Source: Octopus sinensis (Eukaryota). Taken from it: a DNA stretch of 64,000 nucleotides. Shown piece by piece: positions 13,908 through 26,256 of the stretch (the stretch's first letter is position 1; every line of letters begins with the position of its first letter). The translations under genes and the position numbers were made by a program. The stretch spans positions 30,256,001 through 30,320,000 of the forward strand of contig NC_042998.1 of NCBI RefSeq assembly GCF_006345805.1, given 5' to 3'. The notes under the pieces are model-generated. The model had not been told where the DNA came from, searched no databases, and worked only from the letters and a program-made list of their open reading frames with translations.

Positions 13908-14513
13908 TCTGATATGAAGGATTGAATCGGTTAAAGCAATGTTGCTATTTACGAAACATCAGTGACAAAGCTACGAGATATTTTGCCTATCTGAAGATCG
14001 TCAAAGCAGTATTCAGAAAAGCAATATCAAAATTTCGTTGCTGATTATTAATATCAACCAATTGACTTCGGTTAGCCTTATTTAACAGATCTAAATTCAC
14101 ACGCAGGCATACCATAGGTGAATATATTTTGATACTCGTGCCGTGTTACGTTTTATTAACTCTAACGCCGAAAAGTGCAAGTGATCTGTTAAAAATTGTT
14201 CCTTAAAGCGCTTAAACCATCGAAAGGTAAATGAAGTACTTACATATTCAAATCGGGTAACTGTATAGTCATGTGAAGGTAAATAGTTGATACAGCTGAA
14301 TAAATGCATCGTTTATAACAGTGATGCATGATCATTGCTACATGCGAGATATCTGGATAAGTATGCGTTTTAGGAAGAAAAACATTCACTGAAAATCAAA
14401 TGACAGATCCTTAAATTGAGTCAATAATTATCTCCATACGTTTTTTTTTTTTCTGACAACAATATTCTATCCATAACATAATGTATTATACAACCAATGG
14501 AACCTCCAGTATG

Positions 14514-14741
14514 TATTTCTTTACTACCCACAAGGGGCTAAACATAGAGGGGACAAACAAGGACAGACAAACGGATTAAGTCGATTATATCGACCCCAGT
14601 GCGTAACTGGTACTTAATTTATCGACCCCGAGAGGATGAAAGGCAAAGTCAACCTCGGCGGAATTTGAACACAGAACGTAACGGCAGACGAAATACGGCC
14701 ACTCATTTCGCCCGGCGTGCTAACATTTCTGCCAGCACACC
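14514..14741 (-). mobile_element. SINE family A, T1 copy with 12-bp TSD
   Basis: ACCTCCAGTATG at 14502-14513 and 14742-14753. Confidence 0.95.
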
Positions 14742-16074
14742 ACCTCCAGTATGATTGATCAATATTGGGACTTCATTTGAAAAACGAATTCCAGTAGCCA
14801 TTGCGATTCATTGCATAACCCACTGACATCGTCGCGAAGCTGTTCTATTATTTTGTCTCTTGTTACGTAACTAAGTTCAGTGAAAACACTGTTATATGAT
14901 GCTATATTAGGATTGCGCTCTTAAACTTTTCAAGCATTTTGAAATATAACCCACAATTAAATAGACATCTGTATACATTTTCCCAGTATTTTCGATGGCA
15001 ATTTCTATAATAGATATTCTAATCACTGAACTGTAATGAAATATTAAACCTAAATATGTACGATTTAATGCGTGCAGTTTAGAATCGGTGGGATTTAGCT
15101 GGGTGTTTCAGCTCTGCAAGTTTCGAATGTAGGAGCTCGATAAAAGTTACTTTGCGAAACACAACGAACCCTGTAAAAAATAACACACCGCATACCTTAC
15201 ATAATCAACACAAACAGCTTATAGAACTTTGTGTCCATCTCTCACACATGTGTCCATCTCTCACACATGTGTCCATCTCTCATACTGGAAACTCTTTAGA
15301 CAAGCAAGAGTGATAAGAGACATGATTTTACAGCAAAGCAATTTCAATAGAAATATTGAATGGCGTGCTGAGCTTGTACATTTAGTTATTGATCTTGCGG
15401 GGGCTTTCCACACAACAGGAAAACAATTTATATTGCATTCTAGATTTCCCCTATGGGTTACCCATCCAAATGTTATGATTTGATGGCGCAAAAAGTAAAT
15501 ATATATAGCAATGGTAATATATCTCTCCCAGCAGCTGTTTGTTATAAGTCCCTGTGGTAAGTCTTCGGCTTTGTGGTATTGACAAGGTTCGTTTATTTGC
15601 GGTGTTTCAAGGGAGAGCTAAAGCATTTGCTACATAGTCGAAAATTTACTTTACACTGACAATTGTGAACTAGTTGCTCTTTCAGAAACTTACTATATCA
15701 ACAGTGAGACTGTTGATCCCTTCTGCCTGAAAACCATACAATAGTCGTCAGTGGCGCGAAATGCTTACGTTGGATCAACATTTATGTTTTCTTATATATT
15801 AAATGTACGTTTTTACTTTTAAAACTTTCATTGAGAATCTCGACAAAGAGCGGAAGAAACCAGCGTATTTTTGTTAGTTTTCAAAGTTCGAGTGAAACGA
15901 CAGAGAAATGAATCATAAAGTACTATTTCAAGGCAAATATGACCTCGCCAGGGTTTGAACTGGGAGCACAAACAATTAGAACTAACAACTAGTGGCATTC
16001 TACACAAACTTTTAGTGACTCTGCTAACTCGTTGACCTTGAATTAATAATGGTTTTAAATATTAGCAAAAAGCC

Positions 16075-16660
16075 TGCAATTTAGAGAAAAAGAGTAAGTC
16101 GATTACACCGATACAGTGATCAACTGGCGTTTATTTTAACAACCTCGAAAGGATAAAGGCAAATTTGACCTCGGTGGAATTTGAACTCAAAACATAAAGA
16201 CGGACGAGATGCTGTTAAGCATTTTGTTTGGTGTTCTAACGATTCTTATGTATTTATTGCACACAAGGGGCTAAACATAGAGGGGACAAACAAGGACAGA
16301 CAAACGGATTAAGTCGATTACATCGACCCCAGTGCGTAACTGGTACTTATCGAGCCCGAAAGGATGAAAGGCAAAGTCGACCTCGGCGGAATTTGAACTC
16401 AGAACGTAACGGCAGACGAAATACCTACTTCTTTACTACCCACAAGGGGCTAAACACAGAGAGGACAAACAAGGACAGACAAACGGATTAAGTTGATTAC
16501 ATCGACCCCAGTGTGCGTAACTGGTACTTATTTAATGGATCCCGAAAGGATGAAAGGCAAAGTCGACCTCGGCGGAATTTGAACTCAGAACGTAACGCCA
16601 GACGAAATACCGCTAAGCATTTCGCCCGGCGTGCTAACGTTTCTGCCAGCTCGCCGCCTT
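16075..16660 (-). mobile_element. SINE family A cluster: degenerate T2 copy plus T1 head-to-tail dimer
   Basis: GACGAAATAC recurs ending at 16424 and 16610 (186-bp period); single head ending 16660. Confidence 0.88.
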
Positions 16661-17179
16661 AGGCCTTGATTCTGAAATACTACAAATTATCATACATACC
16701 TATCTGAGTAGGGCCCCTACGAAGGTTATGAAGCTCAAAAGCTCTTCTGTATATCTATACTTGCTGTTTTATGTTTATTAGCCAGACTTGATCGATTACC
16801 TACACCAAAATTATACTCATCACATTACAATATATCAGTGCTAATTTTTTTTTTACATAATTAAGCAATTCAATGCAAATTGAGGCTATGAATATTAAAT
16901 CTAAATTGCTAAATACAGAGAATAAAAATGATTTCTTAAGTTTTATTTATGCATGCATAACTGAGGTGGAATTAAAATTTGACTTTATATCACAATTACA
17001 TATTAAATCTTAGATGTTTCAAAGACAAAATTCATTAAAATCCTGTAAATCACTCTGTTTATCACCTTCAAAACCAAATAAACGTTCATATTCATCAGGG
17101 CGAATCGCCTCTAATCATCGCGCGAATCATCTCTAAAATTGCTTTACGTAATTATAGGTTCTTCACTAACTTTTTCCTC

Positions 17180-17700
17180 TTCGTAATCATTATCTTATGT
17201 CTTCTATGCCCGACTACAGTTAGAACTTTACATTTTTCGATGGCTTGATAATGTTGTCAACTTCTATTTCCTTTCAAGAATTAACGATCCATTCCAGAAT
17301 CGGACTCTTTGAAGAAGTCGACACAATGCATCATTTCATTTATATTTAATTTTATTATCACACAAAGAGTGACTAAATTTAACATATCATGTCCTTAAAT
17401 AGAATCGGTTGTATATCATTTCAAGTCCTCTAGAAATTACCTCTGTGTACTGTGATTGAATAATATCATCAAAACTCTTCTGCAAATGAGAATCAAACTG
17501 ATTCCAGAGAAGAAAACTGATTTCCTGCTGAATTTTTCAATGAAATTCACTAAGTTGTAAATGAGAAATTGCTTTATCTGTTGTGTTTTTATAATTTTTT
17601 TTTTACATTTACCGTTATCCGTCCAGCTTTGCGATCGCACGGATAAAACAATTCGTTCTACAAATGTCTCTATGGTCTTATTTTTGTTATCTTAAAATAA
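17180..17700 (-). pseudogene. Degenerate pogo/Tigger-like DDE transposase fragment
   Basis: Across frameshifts: RIVLSVRSQSWTDN / SFLLWNQFDSHL / EVISRGL / IQP / SKSPILEWIVNS*KEIEVDNIIK / GIED, matching the motif order W.D-LLWD.F.AH-VIPGGLT.LQP-LEWIV.SW of pogo transposases. Confidence 0.6.
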
Positions 17701-18032
17701 AGCACCAAAGAAAATATTCGCTTTTAATTTAGTGACACCAGTCATGCAAACTCTCAAAAATTTCTTCGAAACAGAAATACTGTTTCTGTAATTGCTTCAA
17801 TCACTTCAAATTTGAATGTGACAGTGCACTCTTTCTTTTCTTTTTCTTTTTCTTTTTCTTTCTCTCTCAAAATCGTGAAGAGTTTTTTTTTTTAAATTAC
17901 ATACTCTACCGGGTAAATCTGTGTCTCAAATCTTATTCTATGCAATATGCCGGATTGCTGTAGCAAAACAGAAAAAATAATTAGGAACAAAGGTTTATGA
18001 CGGTGAAGGTTTTGCATTAAGCCGTATTCGTC

Positions 18033-18270
18033 AAGGCGGCGAGCTGGCAGAAACGTTAGTCCGCGGGGCGAAATGCTTAGCGGTATTTCGTCTGCCGTTA
18101 CGTTCTGAGTTCAAATTCCGCCGAGGTCAACTTTGTCTTTCATCCTTTCGGGGTCGATAAATTAAGTACCAGTTACGCACTGGGGTCGATATAATCGACT
18201 TAATCCGTTTGTCTGTCCTTGTTTGTCCTCTCTGTGTTTAGCCCCTTGTAGGTAGTAAAGAAATAGGTAT
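18033..18270 (+). mobile_element. SINE family A, T1 copy
   Basis: Near-consensus head, core and tail ending AAAGAAATAGGTATT. Confidence 0.95.
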
Positions 18271-18572
18271 TAGAAGGCGGCGATTTTTTGACGACGATTG
18301 TTGAACTTCTTCGCACCTGTCACAACGAACTGCAACATGGTGAAACTATGTGTACGAATTAGTTTTGAATATCACCAATACAAAGATATGCTATGTATGA
18401 TAAATTATACTGGTCATCGGACATGGCAGCCTTTATTTTTGAGTGGCCAGGTTTCACGTAGAATATTTCATTTTATATATACGAAATTTTTGAAGTAATT
18501 TGACAATTTAGTTATTATAAATATGTATTTATGCCCAGATATATATTTATAGATAGATAGAGAGAGAGAGAG

Positions 18573-18659
<87 letters not shown>

Positions 18660-18667
18660 ATATACAT

Positions 18668-19054
18668 TTACTCTTTACTCTTTTACTTGTTTCAGTCATT
18701 TGACTGCGACCATGCTGGAGCACCGCCTTTAATCGCGCAAATCGACCCTGAGACTTATTCTTTATAAGTTCAGTACTTATTCTATCGGTCTCTTTTGCCG
18801 AGGACGTAAACACACCAGCATCGGTTGTCAATACTAGGGGGACAAACACAGACACACAAACACATACACACACATACACACATATATATACATATATACG
18901 TCAGGCTTCTTTCAGTTTCCGTCTACCAAATCCACTCACAAGGTATTGGTCGGCCCGGGGCTATAGCAGAAGACACTTGCCCAAGATGCCACGCAGTGGG
19001 GCTGAACCATGTGGTTGGTTAGCAAGCTACTTACCACACATCCACTCCTGTGCC
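18668..19054 (-). mobile_element. SINE family C, full length
   Basis: Head GGCACAGGAGTGGATGTGTGGTAAG, core TGGCATCTTGGGCAAGTGTCTTC, internal (TA)/(TG)n, tail AAGGCGGTGCTCCAGCATGGTCGCAGTC. Confidence 0.9.
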
Positions 19055-19074
19055 TATATGTATATATAAAATAA

Positions 19075-19244
19075 ATAATATATATATATATATGCATATA
19101 TACATACGTATATGTACATACATCTATACGTATATATATATATATATATTATATATATATATACATACGTTTATGTACATACATCTATACGTATATATAT
19201 ATATGTATGCATATATACATACGTATATGTACATACATCTATAC

Positions 19245-19278
<34 letters not shown>

Positions 19279-19382
19279 TGTATGCATACGAATATGTACA
19301 TACATCTATACGTATATATATATGCTGTATGCATACGTATATGTACATACATCTATACGTATATATATATATATATATATAT
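19075..19382. repeat. Compound minisatellite built on ATACGTATATGTACATACATCTATACG plus (TA)n
   Basis: Core GTACATACATCTATACG recurs about five times with variable TA spacers. Confidence 0.85.
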
Positions 19383-20253
19383 GTCGGCATAGGACGTCAC
19401 GAAAAGTTTACAACAAAAAAGTAACAAGCAGGAGTACATGGAACATGAAATATACTTTCGAACAACGCAAGTCCCAAATGGAAAACAAAACAAATAACAT
19501 AAAGAACGACCCTTCATCAGTTGTTAGCTGTTTTTCTAGTCTCGTATTAACAACAATATACGCTTTCGAAAAAACAGTTGCTCCCGCAAAGCAAATTAAA
19601 TAAAATTTGGGATTTTGCGTAGGGTCAAAAATTAGTAACACAAACAGGACTGTGAAAACAAACAGGAAGAGCTACTAAGCCTAAACGAGGTTATTATGGC
19701 GAACGCGTAAATCAAGCTTGGACAGGAGACAGACAAGAACACGTCTTCCTTGTCTAGATACAACGGAGAGAATGCTGGCCGATGGTCACAGGGGATCCAC
19801 GTGAGCAAGGCAGGAGGAGTGAGGAAGAGAGAATGACAGAGTAATAGGATAGAATAGTGGGAGAAAAGAAGGTAAAAGAATAAGAGAGAGAAAAAGAATA
19901 AAAAGATCGTATATATATTATTAAGGTGGTTACTCACTCTCTACGACAGAAAAGCAAAAGTTATATTCATAACTGAAAGGACGGAGGTGGGTAGTCAGCA
20001 CCAGGATTGCTAGAAATAAGAGTCAGAACAACTCTTAGCCACGTGAGAGCACTTTTCGAACGACTGACAGAGGAGATATGTTCCCTACGGCAAGCGAGAT
20101 GGAACCATACCAGTGCTGATTTCAGATCTAATTACTTTTTACTAGTGACCCATAATTCAGTCGCCGGGAGTTAAAATCTGAACTCACCGTGTCCGTCTTA
20201 TAGAGATCACTATAGGAAACAATGACTGATTTCGAAAATAGTAAGGAGTTAAG

Positions 20254-20301
<48 letters not shown>

Positions 20302-20808
20302 TAAGTTCAGTTAAAGGTTATAAACCTCATTAATCGATAATGACATCCAATTAATATCCTGGTTTATTACCTATTATAAAAAGTATTGAATATTATATTT
20401 AGTAATTGGATGAACCGGTGTTTATACATATTTTAAAGAAAATAAGAAAATAGAGAAAATTAAATTAATAATTATTTATTAATTACAAAAGCGGACATCA
20501 TCTCTGACAGCAGTTTCAGTTCAAGACTTTAGAAATTAATTAGTATAATTAAAAACATTTTAAATTTGAATCTCATCGGAGGCGGGAAAATATGTACTCT
20601 TACATTTTCATATTATTGTGTGTTGAGTGTAGGGAGCAAATCTACTAACTGGTGAACGTTTGTAAAAAGAACATGGTATAAAACTTTACAAAGGTGGGAA
20701 AAGTAGTATATTTATAGAAGTTATTATAAAAATGAAAAAGATAAAGAATAAGATATGGTAATAAACCATATATTATATCTAAAGTACACACACACACATA
20801 TATATATA

Positions 20809-20849
<41 letters not shown>

Positions 20850-20852
<3 letters not shown>

Positions 20853-21195
20853 AGAATTTACCAGAAACAAAAGACGAAGACGAGTGTGTAAACAACAAAT
20901 AGATATTTCAGTTTAATGCTGAGCAAGTGAGAAAGTTTTTTTACGTTTCGAGCCTACACTCTTCGACAGAAAGGAATACAGAAATAAACAAGGGGAGACA
21001 ATTATAAATATAGGGAGAATTCACAAAAACAAAAGACGAGGACACGTGGTGTAGACAACAAATAGATGTATTAATATAACGCTCGGGAAAAAGTCTTTAA
21101 CGTTTCGAGCCTACGCTCTTCCACAGAAAAGAACACAGAAAGAAACAAGGAGAGAAAATAAAGAATATTAGTGGCTAGCGATCCATCATGGTGAA
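20850..21195 (-). mobile_element. Tandem pair of Penelope-type terminal units, each with an HHR motif
   Basis: ACGTTTCGAGCCTAC.CTCTTC.ACAGAAA at 20943 and 21100; same family as 13710-13907; adjacent to (TA)n. Confidence 0.75.
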
Positions 21196-21749
21196 GGCCG
21201 AAGAATGAGATACATGACGAATGTTATTGATTGTAAAACATGTTTAATGGCCTTGATATTTTAAATACACGTCTCCCTTCAAGAAGAAATAATAGTACAA
21301 GACATAGAAATAAAATAAATGCCTGTTTAGGTTAACATTGTGACCTTGTCCGTGTGAATTACTGCAATGATGAACTGCGGAGAAAGGGGATGCAATTTAT
21401 ATTCCATGTTGCTTTTATGAAGGCTGAGTAAATTCATGACGATTCTGAGACTAGGAAGTAGGGTCAAGAACTGGGACGGATGAGGATCGGTTGAGTGGCT
21501 ACAAGAATTTGTCAAAGTCTTTCAGAAATTCACTGTGCCTAGGATACATGTTAACCACTTTTAGAAGGGCTAGGTTTCGATATTTCAGCTTTAAAATATC
21601 TCCTACATCTTACGGGTACTCATATATTAGCTGTAACACCGTTTAATCTAAGATGAGTACTTTCCTAACACATATATTCCTATTTACACCCAGATACCGC
21701 GCTCTACCTAAAGTTAGATACTCTGACGTGAATATATACATAGATTCTT

Positions 21750-21965
21750 TTATTTTTTTAACCTGTTTCAGTAATTTCACTGTGGCTATGATGGAGCACG
21801 GCCTGTAGTCGAACAAATGGACCCTAGGGCTTATTCTTTGTAAGGTTAGTACTTATTCAATCGAACTCGTTTGCCGAACCTCCAAGTTATGGGGACGTTA
21901 ACACACCAACATCGGTTGTCACGCGATGGTGGCGTGACAAACACAGACACACAAATACATACATA
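21750..21965 (-). mobile_element. SINE family C, 3' half
   Basis: ACCTGTTTCAGTAATTTCACTGTGGCTATG...CATCGGTTGTCA matches the family C tail. Confidence 0.8.
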
Positions 21966-22761
21966 TATACCTCTACTATTTTTATTCTATTCTTCTTTAT
22001 TTTTATTATTATTATCATTATTATTATTCTTTACCCGTTGCCTTTGTCTTACTTTATTTCATTCTTCCCTCTCTCATACACACTCACAAAAACCATTTAG
22101 GATATATCTGTCATTGGATATATCTGTCATTATCTCGTCTTCTATTTTATTATTTTTATTATTATTTTTATTATTGTTTTCATTTATATTTTTATTATTA
22201 CTATTTTATTTTCTTTATTTTATTCTTATTTTCCCTTTTACCACTACCTTATTTCTAATCCTTTCCCCTCTCTCTCTCTCTCTCTCTCTCTCCTGTCTCT
22301 AATATACCCACTCACAAAACCCATTCATGGCCATCGTATATTCTTGCTATATATACAAATTTACAATATGAATACATCATCCAGAACATTGCTAAAACAT
22401 TGCATGGATTTACCTGAGATTTTTAATAAAAGCTTGTACCTTTATGGAAGTACCGACCAGAGTTGTGAACATTATTCCCCAGCTTATATTCTTCTGAATA
22501 CTTTTACACTTTATTCTTCTATTATAATCCTTATAGACTTTGAATTTTATTTCGTGTAAACTGTAAATTTTCCCCGTCTAAAATATTCATGCCTTGTCTC
22601 TGACGGAATACCCAGTCTACAGACATGCTAACCAACCACGTGGGCTATCCTAGAAACAACCGTAAGACTTCAAATTCTTCTTACCCTAATTAAATTATTC
22701 TCAATGACTTGAGATATTCTTTCTGCCTTGGTTGTGATTTTCTCTCTAATTTAATATGTAC

Positions 22762-22802
<41 letters not shown>

Positions 22803-22803
<1 letters not shown>

Positions 22804-22960
22804 TACGGGCTTCTTTCTGCTTCTGCTACTGATTCCATTCAGGAAGCTCTGTCGGCCCGGGGCTATAGTAGAAGACACTTGCCCAAGGTACCACGCAGTG
22901 GGACCGAACCCCGAACCATGTGGTTGGGAAACATGCTTCTTACCACACAGCCACTCCTGC
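22803..22960 (-). mobile_element. SINE family C, head half
   Basis: GAAGACACTTGCCCAAGGTACCACGCAGTGGG...CCACACAGCCACTCCTGCACC. Confidence 0.85.
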
Positions 22961-23477
22961 ACCTATTATATGTGTATTATGTTCATTATTCTTCAGAACA
23001 GATATATGAAACTATGTAACAGAAAGCTGCGAAGTGGAAGTATTCCATTTAAACACTTATTTTTGCTGATTCGATCGTAGAATTTACATAATAAAGGTTT
23101 TACGTAATAATGGCTGGCAAATATACAATTACCTCTGTGTGTGTATAAATATGTGTGTGTGTTTGTGTGTCTGTGCTTATGTAGCATACGTAGTAGATAT
23201 ATAACCAGGATACATTTAAGTTCTGGAAGAATATTGAACAGATTAGGAACAGGCTTTTTCAATTTTCTACATTTATTGTGCTCTCATCAGGGGTGGCTAT
23301 ATCATATTGACGAATACCAGGAGGTACGGAGAGCTGGAGCCAAGCTACTTCAGAAAAGCATTATCGACATTATATGTTCAACCGAAGTCCAAACCGGAGT
23401 ATTAGTGGCATACGAAACTGTGCACTCTGAATGCATATTAGTTGGAGTCACCTGACCAAAACTCCTAGTATAATTGC

Positions 23478-23518
<41 letters not shown>

Positions 23519-23532
23519 TGATCCATTCAAAA

Positions 23533-23918
23533 TGTGACCGCGTGTGTACCGTAAGCGATTTTTTCCTTCGTCTTCCCTTCTTTGGATCTTTCCTTTTCCT
23601 ATGTTTCTGACGAAACGTTAAACCCTCCTTCTTTTCTTCTTTCCTCAGCGTCCAATAACACTCTACTTGTTCTACGTCCTCGCTTTCTTGTTTTCTGTTT
23701 GTGTTTTCATGTTTGGATTAACTAGAAAGCACAAAAAAAAACACAACAACGCGAGGACGTGGAACAAATATAGTATTATTGGACGCTCAGGAAATAAGGG
23801 AAGAAGGAGGGTTTAACGTTCCGAGCGGAGCTCTTCGTCGGAAACATAGGAGAAGGAAAGATCCAGAGAAGGGAAGTCAGAGAAAAAAAAATCGCCAACG
23901 GTACACATGAGGTCACAT
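23533..23918. repeat. Imperfect inverted pair of a Penelope-type terminal unit (about 190-bp arms) with damaged HHR motifs
   Basis: Left TGTGACC..GTGTACCGT..GCGATTTTT..GGATCTTTCC..CCTATGTTTCTGACGAAACGTTAAACCCTCC is the reverse complement of the right arm. Confidence 0.85.
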
Positions 23919-23926
23919 TATATATA

Positions 23927-24010
23927 CTAGCTTTATGACCCGTCTTTGTCGGGTCATAGTGCTAGTGCATGTATATATGTGTATATATATGTGTACATAT
24001 TACGTGTACA

Positions 24011-24048
<38 letters not shown>

Positions 24049-24780
24049 AAATACAAAGTTATATCTTGATATCGCTAGTGATAACAACACTGAAAATATA
24101 TAACAGACTGGAATTGTAGGACTATTCAATTTCTGCACGCTAATTTTATTTTTAATTTATTCCCATTCATGTGAAACCACTTATTCAAGTTCAAGTCATT
24201 GATGCAATTTTATACCAATTGCTATTTTTACTATTGTTATGTTACGATTATATTGTACTTTAGTTTGATTTTAATTATTACTTACTACATATAATTCAAT
24301 TGTTATTTTTATCTTTAAATTTTATTGTTAAAGTGAAAGTATCTGACATAAAATAGAGAAATGTTTTTGTTTCAGTTTTAACACGTAATACTGAAATAGT
24401 GGAGAAGATATGGTATTGCTATGGGCTCGCCCTAGGCAAGAAGTTGAACATTTCTTTGCCCATGAAACTACATCGACCCTAAGTAAAGCATGTGTAAAAT
24501 TTGAATGAAATTGGTTGTGTAGTTCTCAAGTTTTAGGGAAACACACAGACAGACACACACACATTCTCAAAAATCGTAAAAAAATAGGGATTTTCATAGA
24601 AAAAAAGTCATCTTTTTGATGTAAATGATCTTTGGTCTTAACATGGTCCGATTTGCATTTTTTCTTCTATCATACTTTTAATTTTGGTCAACTTGCGCCG
24701 CAGGGTCTCGGAGGAGATAGTGTTAGTTGAAGGCTACCAAACCTGCCATACACAGACAACTTCAGCTTTATATATATAGA
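23927..24780 (-). mobile_element. Non-autonomous Helitron
   Basis: Minus strand starts TCTATATATATAAAGCTGAAG and ends with hairpin ATGACCCG-loop-CGGGTCAT then CTAG|T; 5' part shared with 38279-38669. Confidence 0.8.
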
Positions 24781-25242
24781 AATTTAATTTTTACCAAATT
24801 CATTCCGAGTCAGAAAAGGCGCCATTTATGTTTACTTGCTTGTAAAGAGTAAATAGGTATTTTTTTGTTTGCATAGCCAAAAGAAATTAACAATTCAACT
24901 AAACTTCGCTTTTTCCCCATTCATAAATTCACTGCCCTTGCGAAACTCACACCCTATATCCTTCCATCACATTCCAAAAATATGTTATGTTCTTGACACA
25001 TAAAACAAATGAAATTAGATGTTTCCTCTTTTATATTTTCTTGTCAAATCATGAATGAATAATGTACACGTCAAACCATAATCGAATAATTGCTTTTTTG
25101 ATGACATTTTAGATAGCTTCTAAATTTGATTTATTATTTAGTGTTTATAAAGTTATTTTTATATATTCTTTTTAGATTTCCTAACCTTTTTCCTTATATT
25201 TTCCTTTTCCGTAAATGCATACATTCAGTGGTCAAAATTCAA

Positions 25243-25510
25243 ACGGCGAGCTGGCAGAAACGTTAGCACGCCGGGCGAAATGCGTAGCCGTATTTCGTCT
25301 AGCGTTACGTTCTGGGTTCAAATTCCGTCGAGGTCGACTTTGCCTTTCATCCTTTCGGGGCCGATAAATTAAGTACCAGCTACGCACTGAGGTCGATATA
25401 ATCGACTTAATCCGTTTCTCTGTCCTTGTTTGTCCTATCTGTGTTTAGCCCCTTGTGGGTAATAAAGAAATAGGTATTCTGTCTGCCGTTACGTTGTAAG
25501 TTCAAATTTT
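25243..25510 (+). mobile_element. SINE family A, T1 copy plus start of second unit
   Basis: Tail AAAGAAATAG runs into GTATTCTGTCTGCCGTTACGTTGTAAGTTCAAATT. Confidence 0.9.
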
Positions 25511-26256
25511 ACTACCCCTTTATTTATTTATTTATTTACTACCCCTTGTGTGTAGTAAAGAAATAAATACTTCATTTCCAACGTTACTATGCCAGTACTA
25601 TAACATCAACGTTTTTAGTAATATTTACTAAATTTTACGGGAAAGGTTTTTAATCAATGAAATTTTAGTGTAAGGATAACAATGTTTATTTTCGTAGAAA
25701 ACCAGTAATAAGTACTGTGTAACAATGTCTTTCTATATTCTTAACCGAGTGTTATTTCTAATACATATGCTCTGTGATGAATAATATGAACAGTTCTATA
25801 TTGGCGATTGGTTCTCTTGACTTCACACCTTATCTGTTTCACATTTATGTTTTTGAGTTTCTACGTGTAAATGTTTTAGTGTTCAGAAACATTTTAGCGT
25901 CATTTATTTCACTTACGTGTTATTGGCGCAAGTCCGAAATTTCCTACTTTTATTTAAAGATAATTTGGGGTGAAATGTATTGCTAATGGCAAGGAGGCTC
26001 GAGTGATTTTTGCTTGTCTCATTCCATTATTCTATTAATCTTTTACTTCTTTCAGTCACTTGACTGTGGTCAGGCTGGAGCAACGCCTTTTTAATCGAAG
26101 AAATCGACATCTAGACTTATCCTTTGTAAACCTGGTAGTTATTCCATCGGTGTCTTTTGCCGAACAGCTAAGTTAGGGGGACACAAACACACCGACATCA
26201 GTTGTCAAGTGAGGTGGCGAGACAAACTCACACACAAAGACACACACATACACGTA

